From positions 1,683 to 65,682 of the forward strand of contig JBHPFA010000004.1 of NCBI GenBank assembly GCA_042572295.1: DNA of 64,000 bases, written 5' to 3'. A program made the position numbers and the translations under genes. The stretch is from Nanobdellota archaeon. GTDB taxonomy: Archaea > Nanobdellota > Nanobdellia > Pacearchaeales > JAHJTO01. Numbering within the stretch: position 1 is the first letter of the stretch; every line of letters starts with the position of its first letter. The notes below the pieces were generated by a model, which was not told the DNA's origin, did no database searches, and worked only from the letters and a program-made list of their open reading frames with translations. Below are positions 12,299 through 21,949 of the stretch, one piece after another.

Positions 12299-12404
12299 TA
12301 TGTGCCGTCCGACACATTTATAAATCCTCATTTTTAGGATTAATTAGGCTTAAGGCTTATTCATAAGCGATTTAATGTCGTAAGACATGGCCTACTAAAA
12401 CAAA

Positions 12405-12833
12405 ATGACAGAACAAGCAACATCACTATATGACCTAGAAGGTGGAAAATATACTACTAAACTTGCTTCCAAATTAAAAGAAATGGGTGAGTTTGAGATG
12501 CCTGAATGGGCTAATTATGTTAAGACAAGTTCTACTAAAGAAAGACCTCCTATAGATCTTAATTGGTGGTATGCAAGAGCTGCAAGTATTCTTAGGCAAA
12601 TTTATCTAAAAGGAACATTAGGTGTTGGAAGATTATCAACAAAGTATGGAAGTAAACAAAACAGAGGAGGAAAACCTTCAAGATTCTATAGTGGAGGGAA
12701 AAAAATAATCAGAACAATTCTACAACAGTCTGAAAAAGCAGGATTCCTTGAAAAAGTAACAGAAGGAAGACATGGTAGAAAATTAACTAAAAAAGGAAAA
12801 CAGTTCCTTGATGAAGCTGCAGGGGAAAAGTAA
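12405..12833 (+). CDS. rps19e: ribosomal protein eS19
   Basis: PEWANYVKT..KERPP...WWYARAASILR...YG...IIRTILQQ. Confidence 0.96.
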   Translation: MTEQATSLYDLEGGKYTTKLASKLKEMGEFEMPEWANYVKTSSTKERPPIDLNWWYARAASILRQIYLKGTLGVGRLSTKYGSKQNRGGKPSRFYSGGKKIIRTILQQSEKAGFLEKVTEGRHGRKLTKKGKQFLDEAAGEK

Positions 12834-13034
12834 ATGGCAAGATTAAAACCACTTTCAAAGAAATTGAAGCTTGGAAAAGCTGGAAGGAGAACTAAATGGG
12901 CTCCTTTTTGGACTGTTTTGAAAGCTATGGGAAAAGGAAAGAAAGTTCATCCTTCAAGATTAACAAGACAAAAGAGACACTGGAAAAGAACTAAGTTAAA
13001 GATCGGACCAAGGAAAATAAAGAAATGGTATTAG
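12834..13034 (+). CDS. rpl39e: ribosomal protein eL39
   Basis: MAR.KP..KK.KL.KA...P.W...K...RHWKRTKLK, located between S19e and L31e. Confidence 0.85.
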   Translation: MARLKPLSKKLKLGKAGRRTKWAPFWTVLKAMGKGKKVHPSRLTRQKRHWKRTKLKIGPRKIKKWY

Positions 13035-13312
13035 GATTAGGAAAAATTATAGAATCTGTAAAACCGAAAAGAAGAGTCGGAAAAATTACTAATGATAGTA
13101 GAGGATCTCCTCAAAGTTATATTTTTGAAGAAAATAATGGAACAAATTACCTCGTAGTTTATAGGGGTAAAAGTGGAGAGTGTTCAATGAAGAAAGGGGA
13201 TGAAGTATGGATGAACCTACCAAGTTATTCTGAAAGATCAATTGAATTTAATAAAGAAGATTATGGAGTAATAAAAAAAATAGAAGATACAGATCTATGG
13301 AGCAAAGAATAA
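13025..13312 (+). CDS. hypothetical protein inserted in the ribosomal protein operon
   Basis: 95-aa ORF overlapping rpl39e by 10 nt and ending 1 nt before rpl31e. Confidence 0.6.
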   Translation: MVLGLGKIIESVKPKRRVGKITNDSRGSPQSYIFEENNGTNYLVVYRGKSGECSMKKGDEVWMNLPSYSERSIEFNKEDYGVIKKIEDTDLWSKE

Positions 13313-13313
13313 A

Positions 13314-13880
13314 ATGGCAAACTTAGAAAGACAATACACAATACCTTTGAGAAGAGAAACTTTGAAAGTTCCTAAATATAGAAGAGCTAAAAAAGCTGTT
13401 AAAGCAATTAGAGAATTCTTAGCAAGACACATGAAGACTGATTTTGAAAAAGTTAAATTAGGTAGATGGTTAAATGAATTAGTATGGGAAAGAGGAATAA
13501 AGAACCCTCCAAATAAAGTAAGAGTTAATGTTTCTAAAGATGATAAGGGAATTGCAACAGCTGAATTAATCGAGCTTTCTGAAAGATCTAAAAAAATTGA
13601 CGCTAAAGATCAAGCAAGAATGAAAGTAATTGATGAGAAGAAAAAGAAAGAAGATGATGAGAAGAAAGCACAAGAAGAAGCTCAAAAGAAAGCTGCTGAA
13701 GAAGAGAAGAAAAAGCAAGAAGCTGCTAAAACTGAAGCAGAAAAGGAAGTTGATAAGGAAAAGAAAGATATCGAAAAAGTAGAGAAACAAGTTGTAGATA
13801 CCCCTAAGACTCCAAAAACAGCTGCTCCTAAAGCAAAATCTGCCCCTAAGCACCCAGTAAGAAAGGCTATGCAGAAGTAA
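13314..13880 (+). CDS. rpl31e: ribosomal protein eL31 with charged C-terminal extension
   Basis: ERQYTIPLR...RRAKKAVKAIREFLARHMK...LNELVWERGIKNPP. Confidence 0.95.
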   Translation: MANLERQYTIPLRRETLKVPKYRRAKKAVKAIREFLARHMKTDFEKVKLGRWLNELVWERGIKNPPNKVRVNVSKDDKGIATAELIELSERSKKIDAKDQARMKVIDEKKKKEDDEKKAQEEAQKKAAEEEKKKQEAAKTEAEKEVDKEKKDIEKVEKQVVDTPKTPKTAAPKAKSAPKHPVRKAMQK

Positions 13881-13911
13881 AGCTTATTAATTCTTAATCT
13901 AACTTATTCTT

Positions 13912-14736
13912 ATGAAAACAGTTCAAGATTTATCAAAAGGTTGTTTTATCAATATAGATAAACCTGTAGGAAAGACTTCTCATGATATTGATTTAATTCT
14001 TAGAAAAGTGTTCAAAGTTAAGAAAACATCTCATTTTGGGACTTTAGATCCAATGGTTACTGGAATTTTGCCCATTGCTTTAGGAAAAGGTGTTAAATTA
14101 TTCCAATACATGAGGTCTGGAAAAGAATATGTGGGAGTTATGAGACTTCATGAAGATATTGATAAGAAGAAAGTTGAAGAAGTTATTAAAAGGCATTTTA
14201 CTGGAAAGATTAAACAAACTCCTCCTGTAAAATCTCGTGTTAAAAGAGTTGAGAGAGAAAGAGAGATATATTCATTTAAAATCCTTGAACAAGAAGGCAA
14301 GAATTTCTTGTTCCATGTAGATTGTGAAGCTGGAACTTACATAAGAAAGCTCTTACATGACTTAGGAGAGAAGTTAGGTATTGGAGCACACATGGCGGAA
14401 CTAAGAAGAGTGAGGGCAGGAATGTTTAATGAAAGCAATATTGTTAGGATAGATGAAATTGTAAGGGCTGTTGAAGCTAATGATGAAAAAACTTTATTGA
14501 AACACCTTATCCCTAAGGAGATTCTTCTTAAAGAGATGAAATCAATAGATGTAAATGAAGAGGGGATGAAGAGAGTAGGTCAAGGAGGGCCTTTATTCCA
14601 ATCTAATTTAGTCAAAAAGGCTAAAGTCGAAAAAGGAGATAAAGTAGGAGTTCTGTTTAACAATGAGTTAATAGCAATTCACACAATTGTTGATGTAGAG
14701 AGATTTATGGCAAAGCCAGATAGTGTGCTTATTTGA
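13912..14736 (+). CDS. cbf5: pseudouridine synthase Cbf5 (TruB family) with PUA domain
   Basis: IDKP..TSH, HFGTLDP (catalytic Asp), KEYV, QTPPVKS and EAGTYIRKL motifs. Confidence 0.93.
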   Translation: MKTVQDLSKGCFINIDKPVGKTSHDIDLILRKVFKVKKTSHFGTLDPMVTGILPIALGKGVKLFQYMRSGKEYVGVMRLHEDIDKKKVEEVIKRHFTGKIKQTPPVKSRVKRVEREREIYSFKILEQEGKNFLFHVDCEAGTYIRKLLHDLGEKLGIGAHMAELRRVRAGMFNESNIVRIDEIVRAVEANDEKTLLKHLIPKEILLKEMKSIDVNEEGMKRVGQGGPLFQSNLVKKAKVEKGDKVGVLFNNELIAIHTIVDVERFMAKPDSVLI

Positions 14737-14787
14737 AGAAATCATAATGTTTAAAACCTTCAAAAATTTAAGGAACTAAGAGGTAAC

Positions 14788-16320
14788 ATGGGAAGAGAAG
14801 AGGAAATTGTCAAAGAGAGGCTCAAGAAGATTGAGGCTTTGAAAAAGCTTGGGCTAGAGCCTTATGCTTATAGATATGATCAAAAAGACTTTGCAGCAGC
14901 GCTTAAAGAAAAATTTGATAGTAAGTTAAAAGATAATCAAATAAGTAAAGACAAAGTAAAGGTTGCTGGAAGATTGATGGGTGTAAGGTCTTTTGGAAAG
15001 ATTGCTTTTGCTAAGTTAGTTGATAAGACTGGACAAATACAGGTTGTGTTAGAAGAAAAGGCTTCTGGAAAGAAAACTATTGATTTCTTATCAAAATACT
15101 TAGATGCTGGAGATATTGTTGGTGTTGAAGGAGTTATGCATAAAACAAAGAGGGGCGAAACTTCAATCTTAGTAAAAAAGATGGAGTTATTGACAAAATC
15201 AATCGGAACGCTTCCAGACAAATGGCATGGCTTACAAGATAAAGAAGAAAGATATAGAAAAAGATATCTTGATTTGATTGTTGATCCTGAAGTAAAGAAA
15301 GTTTTTATTATAAGGGCCAAGATTCTTGAAGCAATGAGAGAATACATGACAAAAAATGACTTCATTGAAGTCGAAACTCCTTTATTGCAAAGTATTTATG
15401 GGGGAGCACATGCAAAACCATTCAAAACACACTGTGATGCTTATGATTCTGATGTTTTTTTGAGTATTGCTCCAGAGTTATATTTGAAGAAGGCTTTAGT
15501 TGGAGGATTTGGAAGAGTTTATGAGATAACAAAGAAATTCAGAAATGAAGGTGTTGATAGACAGCATAATCCAGAGCATATGACAATTGAATGGTATCAA
15601 GCTTATGCAGACTATAATGATGGGATGGCAATGTTTGAAGGTTTAATCAAAGAGGTTGCTATGAAACTATTTGGAAAGTTGACTTTTGAATTCCAAGGAC
15701 ATAAGATTGATCTGAGAAAGTGGAAAAGATTGAGTATAAATGATGCTATTAAGCAATATTTGAATGAAGATGTGAGCAAGGTTAAAACAACTGCTGAGGC
15801 AAAGAAGATTGCTAAAAAACATGGAGTTGATCCTACAGGTGTTACAAAAGGAAATCTTCCTGATGAATTAATGAAATTATTTAGAGAGAAATTGATTCAG
15901 CCAACATTCTTAACTGATTATCCAATGGAGTTATCTCCCTTAGCAAAGCCAAAAAGAGGAGATCCAACAAAAGCTGAAGTATTCCAGCCATTTATTGGTG
16001 GAATGGAATTAGCAAGAGCTTATTCAGAGTTAAGTGATCCTAGATTACAAGCAAAGCATTTTGGAGAACAGGAACAAGAAAGAGACGAAGGGAATGTTGA
16101 GGCAATGCAGACCGATACAGACTTTGTAGATGCCTTAGAATATGGAATGCCTCCTGCATGTGGTGTTGGGATTGGTATTGAAAGGTTAGTTATGCTATTT
16201 GCTGATCAAACTTCTATAAGAGATGTTATTTTGTTTCCTTTCATGAAGCCAGAAGTTGAAGAAAGTAAAAAGCCTGAGAAAAAAGATGAGAAAAAAGGAA
16301 AAAAACCAAAGAAAAAGTAA
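14788..16320 (+). CDS. lysS: lysine--tRNA ligase (class II)
   Basis: N-terminal OB fold, RYRKRYLDL, EVETP, FRNEG and EYGMPP..G.GIGIERLVML. Confidence 0.97.
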   Translation: MGREEEIVKERLKKIEALKKLGLEPYAYRYDQKDFAAALKEKFDSKLKDNQISKDKVKVAGRLMGVRSFGKIAFAKLVDKTGQIQVVLEEKASGKKTIDFLSKYLDAGDIVGVEGVMHKTKRGETSILVKKMELLTKSIGTLPDKWHGLQDKEERYRKRYLDLIVDPEVKKVFIIRAKILEAMREYMTKNDFIEVETPLLQSIYGGAHAKPFKTHCDAYDSDVFLSIAPELYLKKALVGGFGRVYEITKKFRNEGVDRQHNPEHMTIEWYQAYADYNDGMAMFEGLIKEVAMKLFGKLTFEFQGHKIDLRKWKRLSINDAIKQYLNEDVSKVKTTAEAKKIAKKHGVDPTGVTKGNLPDELMKLFREKLIQPTFLTDYPMELSPLAKPKRGDPTKAEVFQPFIGGMELARAYSELSDPRLQAKHFGEQEQERDEGNVEAMQTDTDFVDALEYGMPPACGVGIGIERLVMLFADQTSIRDVILFPFMKPEVEESKKPEKKDEKKGKKPKKK

Positions 16321-16510
16321 GAAGGAGAAAAAAGAGAAGACTCCACGACTTGTTATTCGTTTTAATATTAAGAAAGTTCTTTCAAAAGATATTCGTCTAG
16401 GTAGTAAGGTTGCTGAAGCTTTAGACAAAAAGATTTCTGATGTTTTGAAGAATGCTGCTGAAAGGGCAAAACAAAATCATAGAACAACAATTCTTCCTCA
16501 GGACTTATAA
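16286..16510 (+). CDS. histone-fold protein (DUF1931/HMf-like) with Lys-rich N-terminus
   Basis: IRLGSKVAEAL...AAERAKQNHRTTILPQDL is a histone-fold C-terminal signature. The only in-frame ATG (16286) lies inside lysS. Confidence 0.8.
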   Translation: MRKKEKNQRKSKKEKKEKTPRLVIRFNIKKVLSKDIRLGSKVAEALDKKISDVLKNAAERAKQNHRTTILPQDL

Positions 16511-17785
16511 TTAAGCTATAGTCATGAGTCCATCTATTGAAGGAGATACAAAGTTGAAGACACCTTCTTTGTTATTTTTTATGTCTCCTAATGTGATATC
16601 AATACCTTCTTTACTTGCAAGTAGCTCGAAATCATCTAGATTTATTTTAAGTTCTCCAGCTTTTTTAGTTTTGACAGCAGTTCTTGCATTATAAGAATGT
16701 AGAACTGTAGGTAAAATATCTTCTCTCTTAGGTATGACTGCAAGAAGATCTCCTCCTCCCACAGAAAAGTAAAATGAAGATTCTGATTCAATATCAAATA
16801 GAGGATTTCCTTTAGTGAGTCTAAAATTGACTTCTCCCCCTTCTTTAAGCTCCTTAGTAGGGGCTTTAGATGAGATTCCTAGTGTCTTTGCATCCTTACA
16901 GTATTTTACCATATTTCCCCTATAATTCTTAAGATAAGCATCACATTTTGCTAATAACACTCTATCCCCATAAGGAAGTTTTGTTCCAAAAACACTTTTC
17001 TCTGATTTTTCTGCACTAGGCCTTACAAACATATGCATACCTTCCACTACCTTTACATCTCCTGCAAACCAAACCAAACCATCTTTTAGTGTAACTACAT
17101 TACATAAATCTTGTTTAGGTTTTTCAGCCAAGATATCTTCCCTAAGACATTCATAACCATTAAGAATGAATCCTTCTCCAATAAATCTTTCTTTTCCCAA
17201 GCTCTCACTCACTTTAGGAGTTAATGGAGTATTGAAAGATATAACAATAGGAGATCCTGCAAACAAGCCCAATTCATTATCTCCAAATTTCATCTTGGAA
17301 GCTGTTTCAGGATTTAATATAATTAATCTATCCTCACACACTTCACCATACTTCTTAAGATCATTACAGCCTTTTCTGACATATATCACTCTTGTGCCTT
17401 TATCTAGTTCGACTTTTCTGTCCCTAAATTGGCAAGCCACTTGTCCAGTGACCCAAAAACTTGCACCAGTGATTTCTCCGGCAGAATTTTTAATTAGCCC
17501 TTTATTTTCATCGTTAGTTCCTGCAGGAGGATTTTCTGGACCAAGAGCTTTATCATTAAAATGTATAGGGGCACCTTTTTCAAGACAATTTTTAATCCCT
17601 ACAGGGGCTTCATCCACTGTTCGTGAAGGAGCAGGAGTAGAATCAGTTGTTGCTGCTCTAGAAGCGTTTCCTGTTATGATAGCTTGACCTAAAGACAATA
17701 CCAACACTGTGGCGACTAATAACACTAAGTATCTCCTGAACCAAATGTCCTTCATTTCTCCAGTCTTTTTGTTTTTTCTTACCAT
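16511..17785 (-). CDS. secreted or membrane-anchored hypothetical protein
   Basis: Basic N-terminus, hydrophobic helix, ITGNA motif, then a Cys-containing beta-rich body. Paralog of 17787-19415. Confidence 0.75.
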   Translation of the reverse strand: MVRKNKKTGEMKDIWFRRYLVLLVATVLVLSLGQAIITGNASRAATTDSTPAPSRTVDEAPVGIKNCLEKGAPIHFNDKALGPENPPAGTNDENKGLIKNSAGEITGASFWVTGQVACQFRDRKVELDKGTRVIYVRKGCNDLKKYGEVCEDRLIILNPETASKMKFGDNELGLFAGSPIVISFNTPLTPKVSESLGKERFIGEGFILNGYECLREDILAEKPKQDLCNVVTLKDGLVWFAGDVKVVEGMHMFVRPSAEKSEKSVFGTKLPYGDRVLLAKCDAYLKNYRGNMVKYCKDAKTLGISSKAPTKELKEGGEVNFRLTKGNPLFDIESESSFYFSVGGGDLLAVIPKREDILPTVLHSYNARTAVKTKKAGELKINLDDFELLASKEGIDITLGDIKNNKEGVFNFVSPSIDGLMTIA

Positions 17786-17786
17786 C

Positions 17787-19415
17787 TTATGTTACAATTA
17801 AGCTTTCTTTCAATAAAGGGGTGTCTAATTCAAATATAATCCCTCCATCAAAACTCTTTTCACCAGTTTGAATATCTACTTTTCCATGTTTAGCTATTAT
17901 TTTTGCATCTTCAATAATGATTTCTAATTCTCCTTCCATCTTTCCAGGCTTTTTACTTGCAAACCTCCTCATTTTATGTTCAACGAAAACATCATCTTGT
18001 CCTCTTTTAGTAATTCCTACAATATTTCCATTAGTTACCTTGAAAACAACCCTTAAACTACTCCCTGCTAATTTTTTATTGTTAAAGAAAATATCTGGAT
18101 TGGCAAACGCAATGTTTACTTCTCCACCTTCTTTAAGATTTTCTGAAGATTTTTTTGCAATTGCTGCAATCACTGCTTCGCCTTTTGATTCACAGATTTG
18201 AATTGCGTTTCCCTTGTAGAATTTGTTGATTCCTTGATTACATCCAGCTATTAGTACTCTGTTAGTGTCAGGGTCTTCTCCTTCCATTTTCTTAACTATT
18301 GCGTGTGCATTTCGTTCTTTATCTAAGCTAAGAAGCCCAGTGAATAATACTAATCCATTCTTGACAGTTGCAATTTCGCAAGGTTCTGTCCTCGATACTG
18401 GAGTAGGTTTAGATTCTGTTTCAAAATTTGAAATACAGTGATATCCATCTAAAGTTGTGTCCCCTCCAACTAAAAGCTCGTCAGCTTCTTTTACAGAAAG
18501 ATAAAGGAAAGTGATTCTTTTTCCGTGTGTTGAAGAAGGAATAGTTAAGAGGTGTTCTCCATATTCAATTGTTCTACGTTCTGGGAATCCCATAATCTCA
18601 TTGCTTGAAAAAGCAAGCCTTTGTATATCTTCAGAGTATTTCACTTCCATTAAAGGAGGCAGTTCAAACTCTTTTCCTCCAAATTTACAAGTTGTAATTT
18701 GTTTAGTTTTAAAATCTGCTTTAGTGATGACTTTCTTGCCATTAGTATTTATTGTCCCATCAACAGCATTTGCATCAAGACAATTTACATTTCCTTTAGG
18801 TATAGGGGGCCTTTTAGCCACTACTACTGGATCTTTTGGCTTTGCCGCTACTGCTTCTCTAAGTGGTTCTTTTTCAGGTTCAGGTAAAAGTTCACCTTTA
18901 GATATGGAGGTAATATAAACTTCACTTGCAGGATAAGGCAAATAAGGCTTTGATTCTTTTTGAAAAGCGACAAAAGGATTAAAGGCTGATCCAAAAGCTT
19001 TTACTCCCCTAAATAATTTGGAATATAAGGGTGTAGCCTCTCTTCTTGCTTTTAATAATTCTACTATTTTTAACGCCTCCTCTTTTTGGAAGTCATCTTC
19101 TCCAAAGACCCTAAGTTTTAGAGAGTACATTTCTGAGACACCAACATAAGGTCCTGCCCTTTGGAAAGGATCAAGTAATTCTTGCGAGATCCTAATTGCT
19201 GCAATTTTTTCTAAACCTTCTTCAAATAATTCTAATTGTTCTTCAGTTATTGCTAGATTTTCAGTTATAGGTATAGCTTCATTTACTACTGATCCAGTCA
19301 TTCCAAAACCAAACTGTTGATTTAATGAAAGAATTACTGCAGCAACCACTAATATAATTAGAAAGTTATAAAAAAGCTTATTAGCCCCCTCTTGAAATAT
19401 ACGTTTCTTCACCAC
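17787..19415 (-). CDS. secreted or membrane-anchored hypothetical protein
   Basis: N-terminal TM helix and MTGSVV motif. Shares KNGLVLFTG, RVLIAGC and LKEGGEVN blocks with 16511-17785. Confidence 0.75.
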   Translation of the reverse strand: MVKKRIFQEGANKLFYNFLIILVVAAVILSLNQQFGFGMTGSVVNEAIPITENLAITEEQLELFEEGLEKIAAIRISQELLDPFQRAGPYVGVSEMYSLKLRVFGEDDFQKEEALKIVELLKARREATPLYSKLFRGVKAFGSAFNPFVAFQKESKPYLPYPASEVYITSISKGELLPEPEKEPLREAVAAKPKDPVVVAKRPPIPKGNVNCLDANAVDGTINTNGKKVITKADFKTKQITTCKFGGKEFELPPLMEVKYSEDIQRLAFSSNEIMGFPERRTIEYGEHLLTIPSSTHGKRITFLYLSVKEADELLVGGDTTLDGYHCISNFETESKPTPVSRTEPCEIATVKNGLVLFTGLLSLDKERNAHAIVKKMEGEDPDTNRVLIAGCNQGINKFYKGNAIQICESKGEAVIAAIAKKSSENLKEGGEVNIAFANPDIFFNNKKLAGSSLRVVFKVTNGNIVGITKRGQDDVFVEHKMRRFASKKPGKMEGELEIIIEDAKIIAKHGKVDIQTGEKSFDGGIIFELDTPLLKESLIVT

Positions 19416-19463
19416 TTTTCCTTCATTAGAAATGTTTAAAAGTCTTAATAAATGTTTTCTTAT

Positions 19464-19958
19464 ATGACAGAAGAAAATGTATTTGTGTTTGTTAAACCTG
19501 ATGCAATGATTAAAGGAATATATGGAATCATATTAGATGATATTGCATCCTCTGGATTAAAACTTGTTGGAGCAAAGTTAGTTAGAGTAACTAAAGAGCT
19601 TGCTGAAAAACATTATGAAGTTCATAAAGGAAAACCTTTCTATGAAGGATTAATTAAACATATTACTGGAGAATTTCATGTTGACAAAGTCATGGCTTTA
19701 GTTTACAAAGGAGATAATGCAATAAAAAGAATGAGAGAACTTGCTGGAGCAACACATCCTGAAAAAGCAGGGCCAACAACATTAAGAGGAAAGTTTGGAA
19801 GAGTAACTGCTCAAGATGTAATGGAAAATGTAGTTCATGTTTCAGATGCTCCAGAAACTGCTGAAACAGAGATTAAACTTTGGTTTTCTCCTAGTGAATT
19901 AACAGAAGAAGTTTATCCAACAAAGAAAGAGACTGGTGAAAAAATTATCTGGGCCTAA
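19464..19958 (+). CDS. ndk: nucleoside diphosphate kinase
   Basis: FVKPDA, HYEVHKGKPFY, GATHP and NVVHVSD (phospho-His). Confidence 0.95.
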   Translation: MTEENVFVFVKPDAMIKGIYGIILDDIASSGLKLVGAKLVRVTKELAEKHYEVHKGKPFYEGLIKHITGEFHVDKVMALVYKGDNAIKRMRELAGATHPEKAGPTTLRGKFGRVTAQDVMENVVHVSDAPETAETEIKLWFSPSELTEEVYPTKKETGEKIIWA

Positions 19959-21345
19959 ATTTAATAACTAATTTATCAATTTTCTTGACCATATAGGGAT
20001 CTTCTAATCTATAACCTAATTTTCTGTAATATTCTCTTACACCAACTCCAGAGATTACTTTTACTCTTTTACATTTTAATTGTTTTGCAATTTTCTCTGC
20101 TTTTTTCATTAATCTTATTCCAAAGCCTTTATGTTGTATTTCTCCAGTTCTTTTCTCTCCAATTACAACTTGAGGACCATAAACATGCAATTCTCTTACA
20201 TAAAGACTGTCTCCAACAACCCTCAATCTACATATTCCAAATAAAACTCCTTCAGAGTTTGAAAATTCTAAGAATATTTCTTCCTCACCAGAAGCAGTGT
20301 ATTCAAAAACCTTTAATTCAACTGTTCTAGTGTCAATAGGCATTTTATTGTTCCTTTGAACAAATCCAAACTCTCTGCAACGTATACAATTACACTTCAA
20401 GCCTTTAGAGTCCATTATTTCTTTTACTTCTTTTCTTAAATCTAATCTTGCAGGCTCTCCTATTACAAACTCTTTGTGGAATTCTCTCATTACACGCATT
20501 ATTCTAACATAACTTGGAGTGATTTGTTTTATTTTCATTACAAGATTAATTAATTGCTCATTTGTATAGGGCTTATAATTCATTTTCTTGTAAGTTTTTG
20601 CTAAAGCCGAGCCTTCCATAATTTGTGTTGGGTAGATTTTTATTTGATCTGGTCTAAAATCAGGATTCTTGAATATTTCTTTGAACATCTCAAAGTCTTT
20701 TTTAGGATTACTTCCTGGTAAGCCCGGCATCATATGATATCCAACTTTGAATCCTGCATCTTTTAGTCTTTTAGTTGCATCTATAACATCTTGTACAGTA
20801 TGGCCCCTATTAACTTTCTTATAGATCTCATCATCTAAAGCTTGAACACCTAACTCACACCTTGTTGCACCATAATCTAACATCTGGTTTATGTGATGTC
20901 TTTCACAAGTGTCTGGGCGAGTTTCAACACATAAGGCAATACAACGATATTCTGCATTCTGATTAACCTTTTTTGCCTGTTTCAAGTCTTTGCTTTTCTT
21001 CCCATTTAATGCATCAAAACACTTTTTGACGAATTCTTGTTGAAAGTCTTTAGTACATTGTAAGAATGTGCCTCCAAGAATAATTAACTCTATTTTATTT
21101 ACTGGTTGACCCATAAGATGGAATGCCCTAAGTCTTGCCCTTATCTGTTCTCCTGGATCATAATTTACAGGTTCAGCCCTAGTGATTGTTGAGCTTTTTG
21201 GAGTGTAGCTTTGAGAGACCCCTAAAGAAGGGCAATAAGTACATGTTCCATGATCACAAAGTCTTGGTGGGACGGCAACTGCTATAGGAGTCACTCCTGA
21301 TAGAGTCTTTGTCCTTTTCCTTACAACTTGTCTTTTAGAACTCAT
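19945..21345 (-). CDS. elp3: Elp3 tRNA uridine(34) acetyltransferase (radical SAM + GNAT)
   Basis: TLSGVTP, CDHGTCTYCP, GGTF, ETRPD, ELHVYG, QHKGFG and ISGVGVREYY. Confidence 0.95.
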   Translation of the reverse strand: MSSKRQVVRKRTKTLSGVTPIAVAVPPRLCDHGTCTYCPSLGVSQSYTPKSSTITRAEPVNYDPGEQIRARLRAFHLMGQPVNKIELIILGGTFLQCTKDFQQEFVKKCFDALNGKKSKDLKQAKKVNQNAEYRCIALCVETRPDTCERHHINQMLDYGATRCELGVQALDDEIYKKVNRGHTVQDVIDATKRLKDAGFKVGYHMMPGLPGSNPKKDFEMFKEIFKNPDFRPDQIKIYPTQIMEGSALAKTYKKMNYKPYTNEQLINLVMKIKQITPSYVRIMRVMREFHKEFVIGEPARLDLRKEVKEIMDSKGLKCNCIRCREFGFVQRNNKMPIDTRTVELKVFEYTASGEEEIFLEFSNSEGVLFGICRLRVVGDSLYVRELHVYGPQVVIGEKRTGEIQHKGFGIRLMKKAEKIAKQLKCKRVKVISGVGVREYYRKLGYRLEDPYMVKKIDKLVIKFRPR

Positions 21346-21429
21346 ATAAAATGGAGATAAGCCCCATTTAAAAAGCTAAGGATTATCGTAAGATTTTTAT
21401 ACCATTATCACTTGGAAAGAGTAACGAAA

Positions 21430-21882
21430 ATGAGTAAGAAACATAAGAAAAAATATAAGAAAAGCCATACTCCAAAAGATGTAGAGAAGGCTGTAGGTAA
21501 TTTAAGAAAAAAGCTTAAAAGAATGCCTTATTTTACTGAACTTTCTGGATATGCACCTTGGGCAGCTAAGGCGATAAGTAATGGAGATTATTCTCCTACA
21601 ATTAGATCATGGAGAGATTTTTTGACAGGTGTGTATTCTAAAGAATGGCCTCTCGTCAAGATTAACGATACATTTGATAAAGCAATGGGATCTTCTGAAA
21701 AAGTTCTGACAAGTCAAGAATTCAGAAAATATTGTAAACCTGCTTGGATGGTGTTGGAATATGGAAAATCTGACCTATTCCAGAAATATGGGGGATATGT
21801 GGGTTTTAGAGGCCTAAAATTCCCTGAGAAAAAAGAGAAAAGTATTGGTCTTCTTGGAAAATTATATATGGAATCTGACTAA
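21430..21882 (+). CDS. basic helical-repeat protein ending in the GLLGKLYMESD tag
   Basis: MPYFTEL...AISNGDYSPTIRSWRDFL resembles repeats in 29907-30530. ATG 21430 is preferred over TTG 21412. Confidence 0.7.
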   Translation: MSKKHKKKYKKSHTPKDVEKAVGNLRKKLKRMPYFTELSGYAPWAAKAISNGDYSPTIRSWRDFLTGVYSKEWPLVKINDTFDKAMGSSEKVLTSQEFRKYCKPAWMVLEYGKSDLFQKYGGYVGFRGLKFPEKKEKSIGLLGKLYMESD

Positions 21883-21893
21883 AGTTCGTTTAA

Positions 21894-21910
21894 ACAAAAC
21901 CTTTATAAAT
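21894..21910 (+). promoter_or_regulatory. putative BRE/TATA promoter of the SNF2 operon
   Basis: A-rich stretch followed by TTTATAAA at 21902-21909, 40 nt upstream of ATG 21950. Confidence 0.55.
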
Positions 21911-21949
21911 AAGTTGTTCTTCTATAATAGTAACAGGATTTTCTGTAAA

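Noticed and set aside
21845-21949. TTG-initiated N-terminal extensions of ORFs 21845, 27799 and 29181 (LENY[IT]W...)
   Set aside because: These are alternative-frame readings of the shared tag DNA. Downstream ATGs at 21950, 27829 and 29250 have better promoter or SD context.
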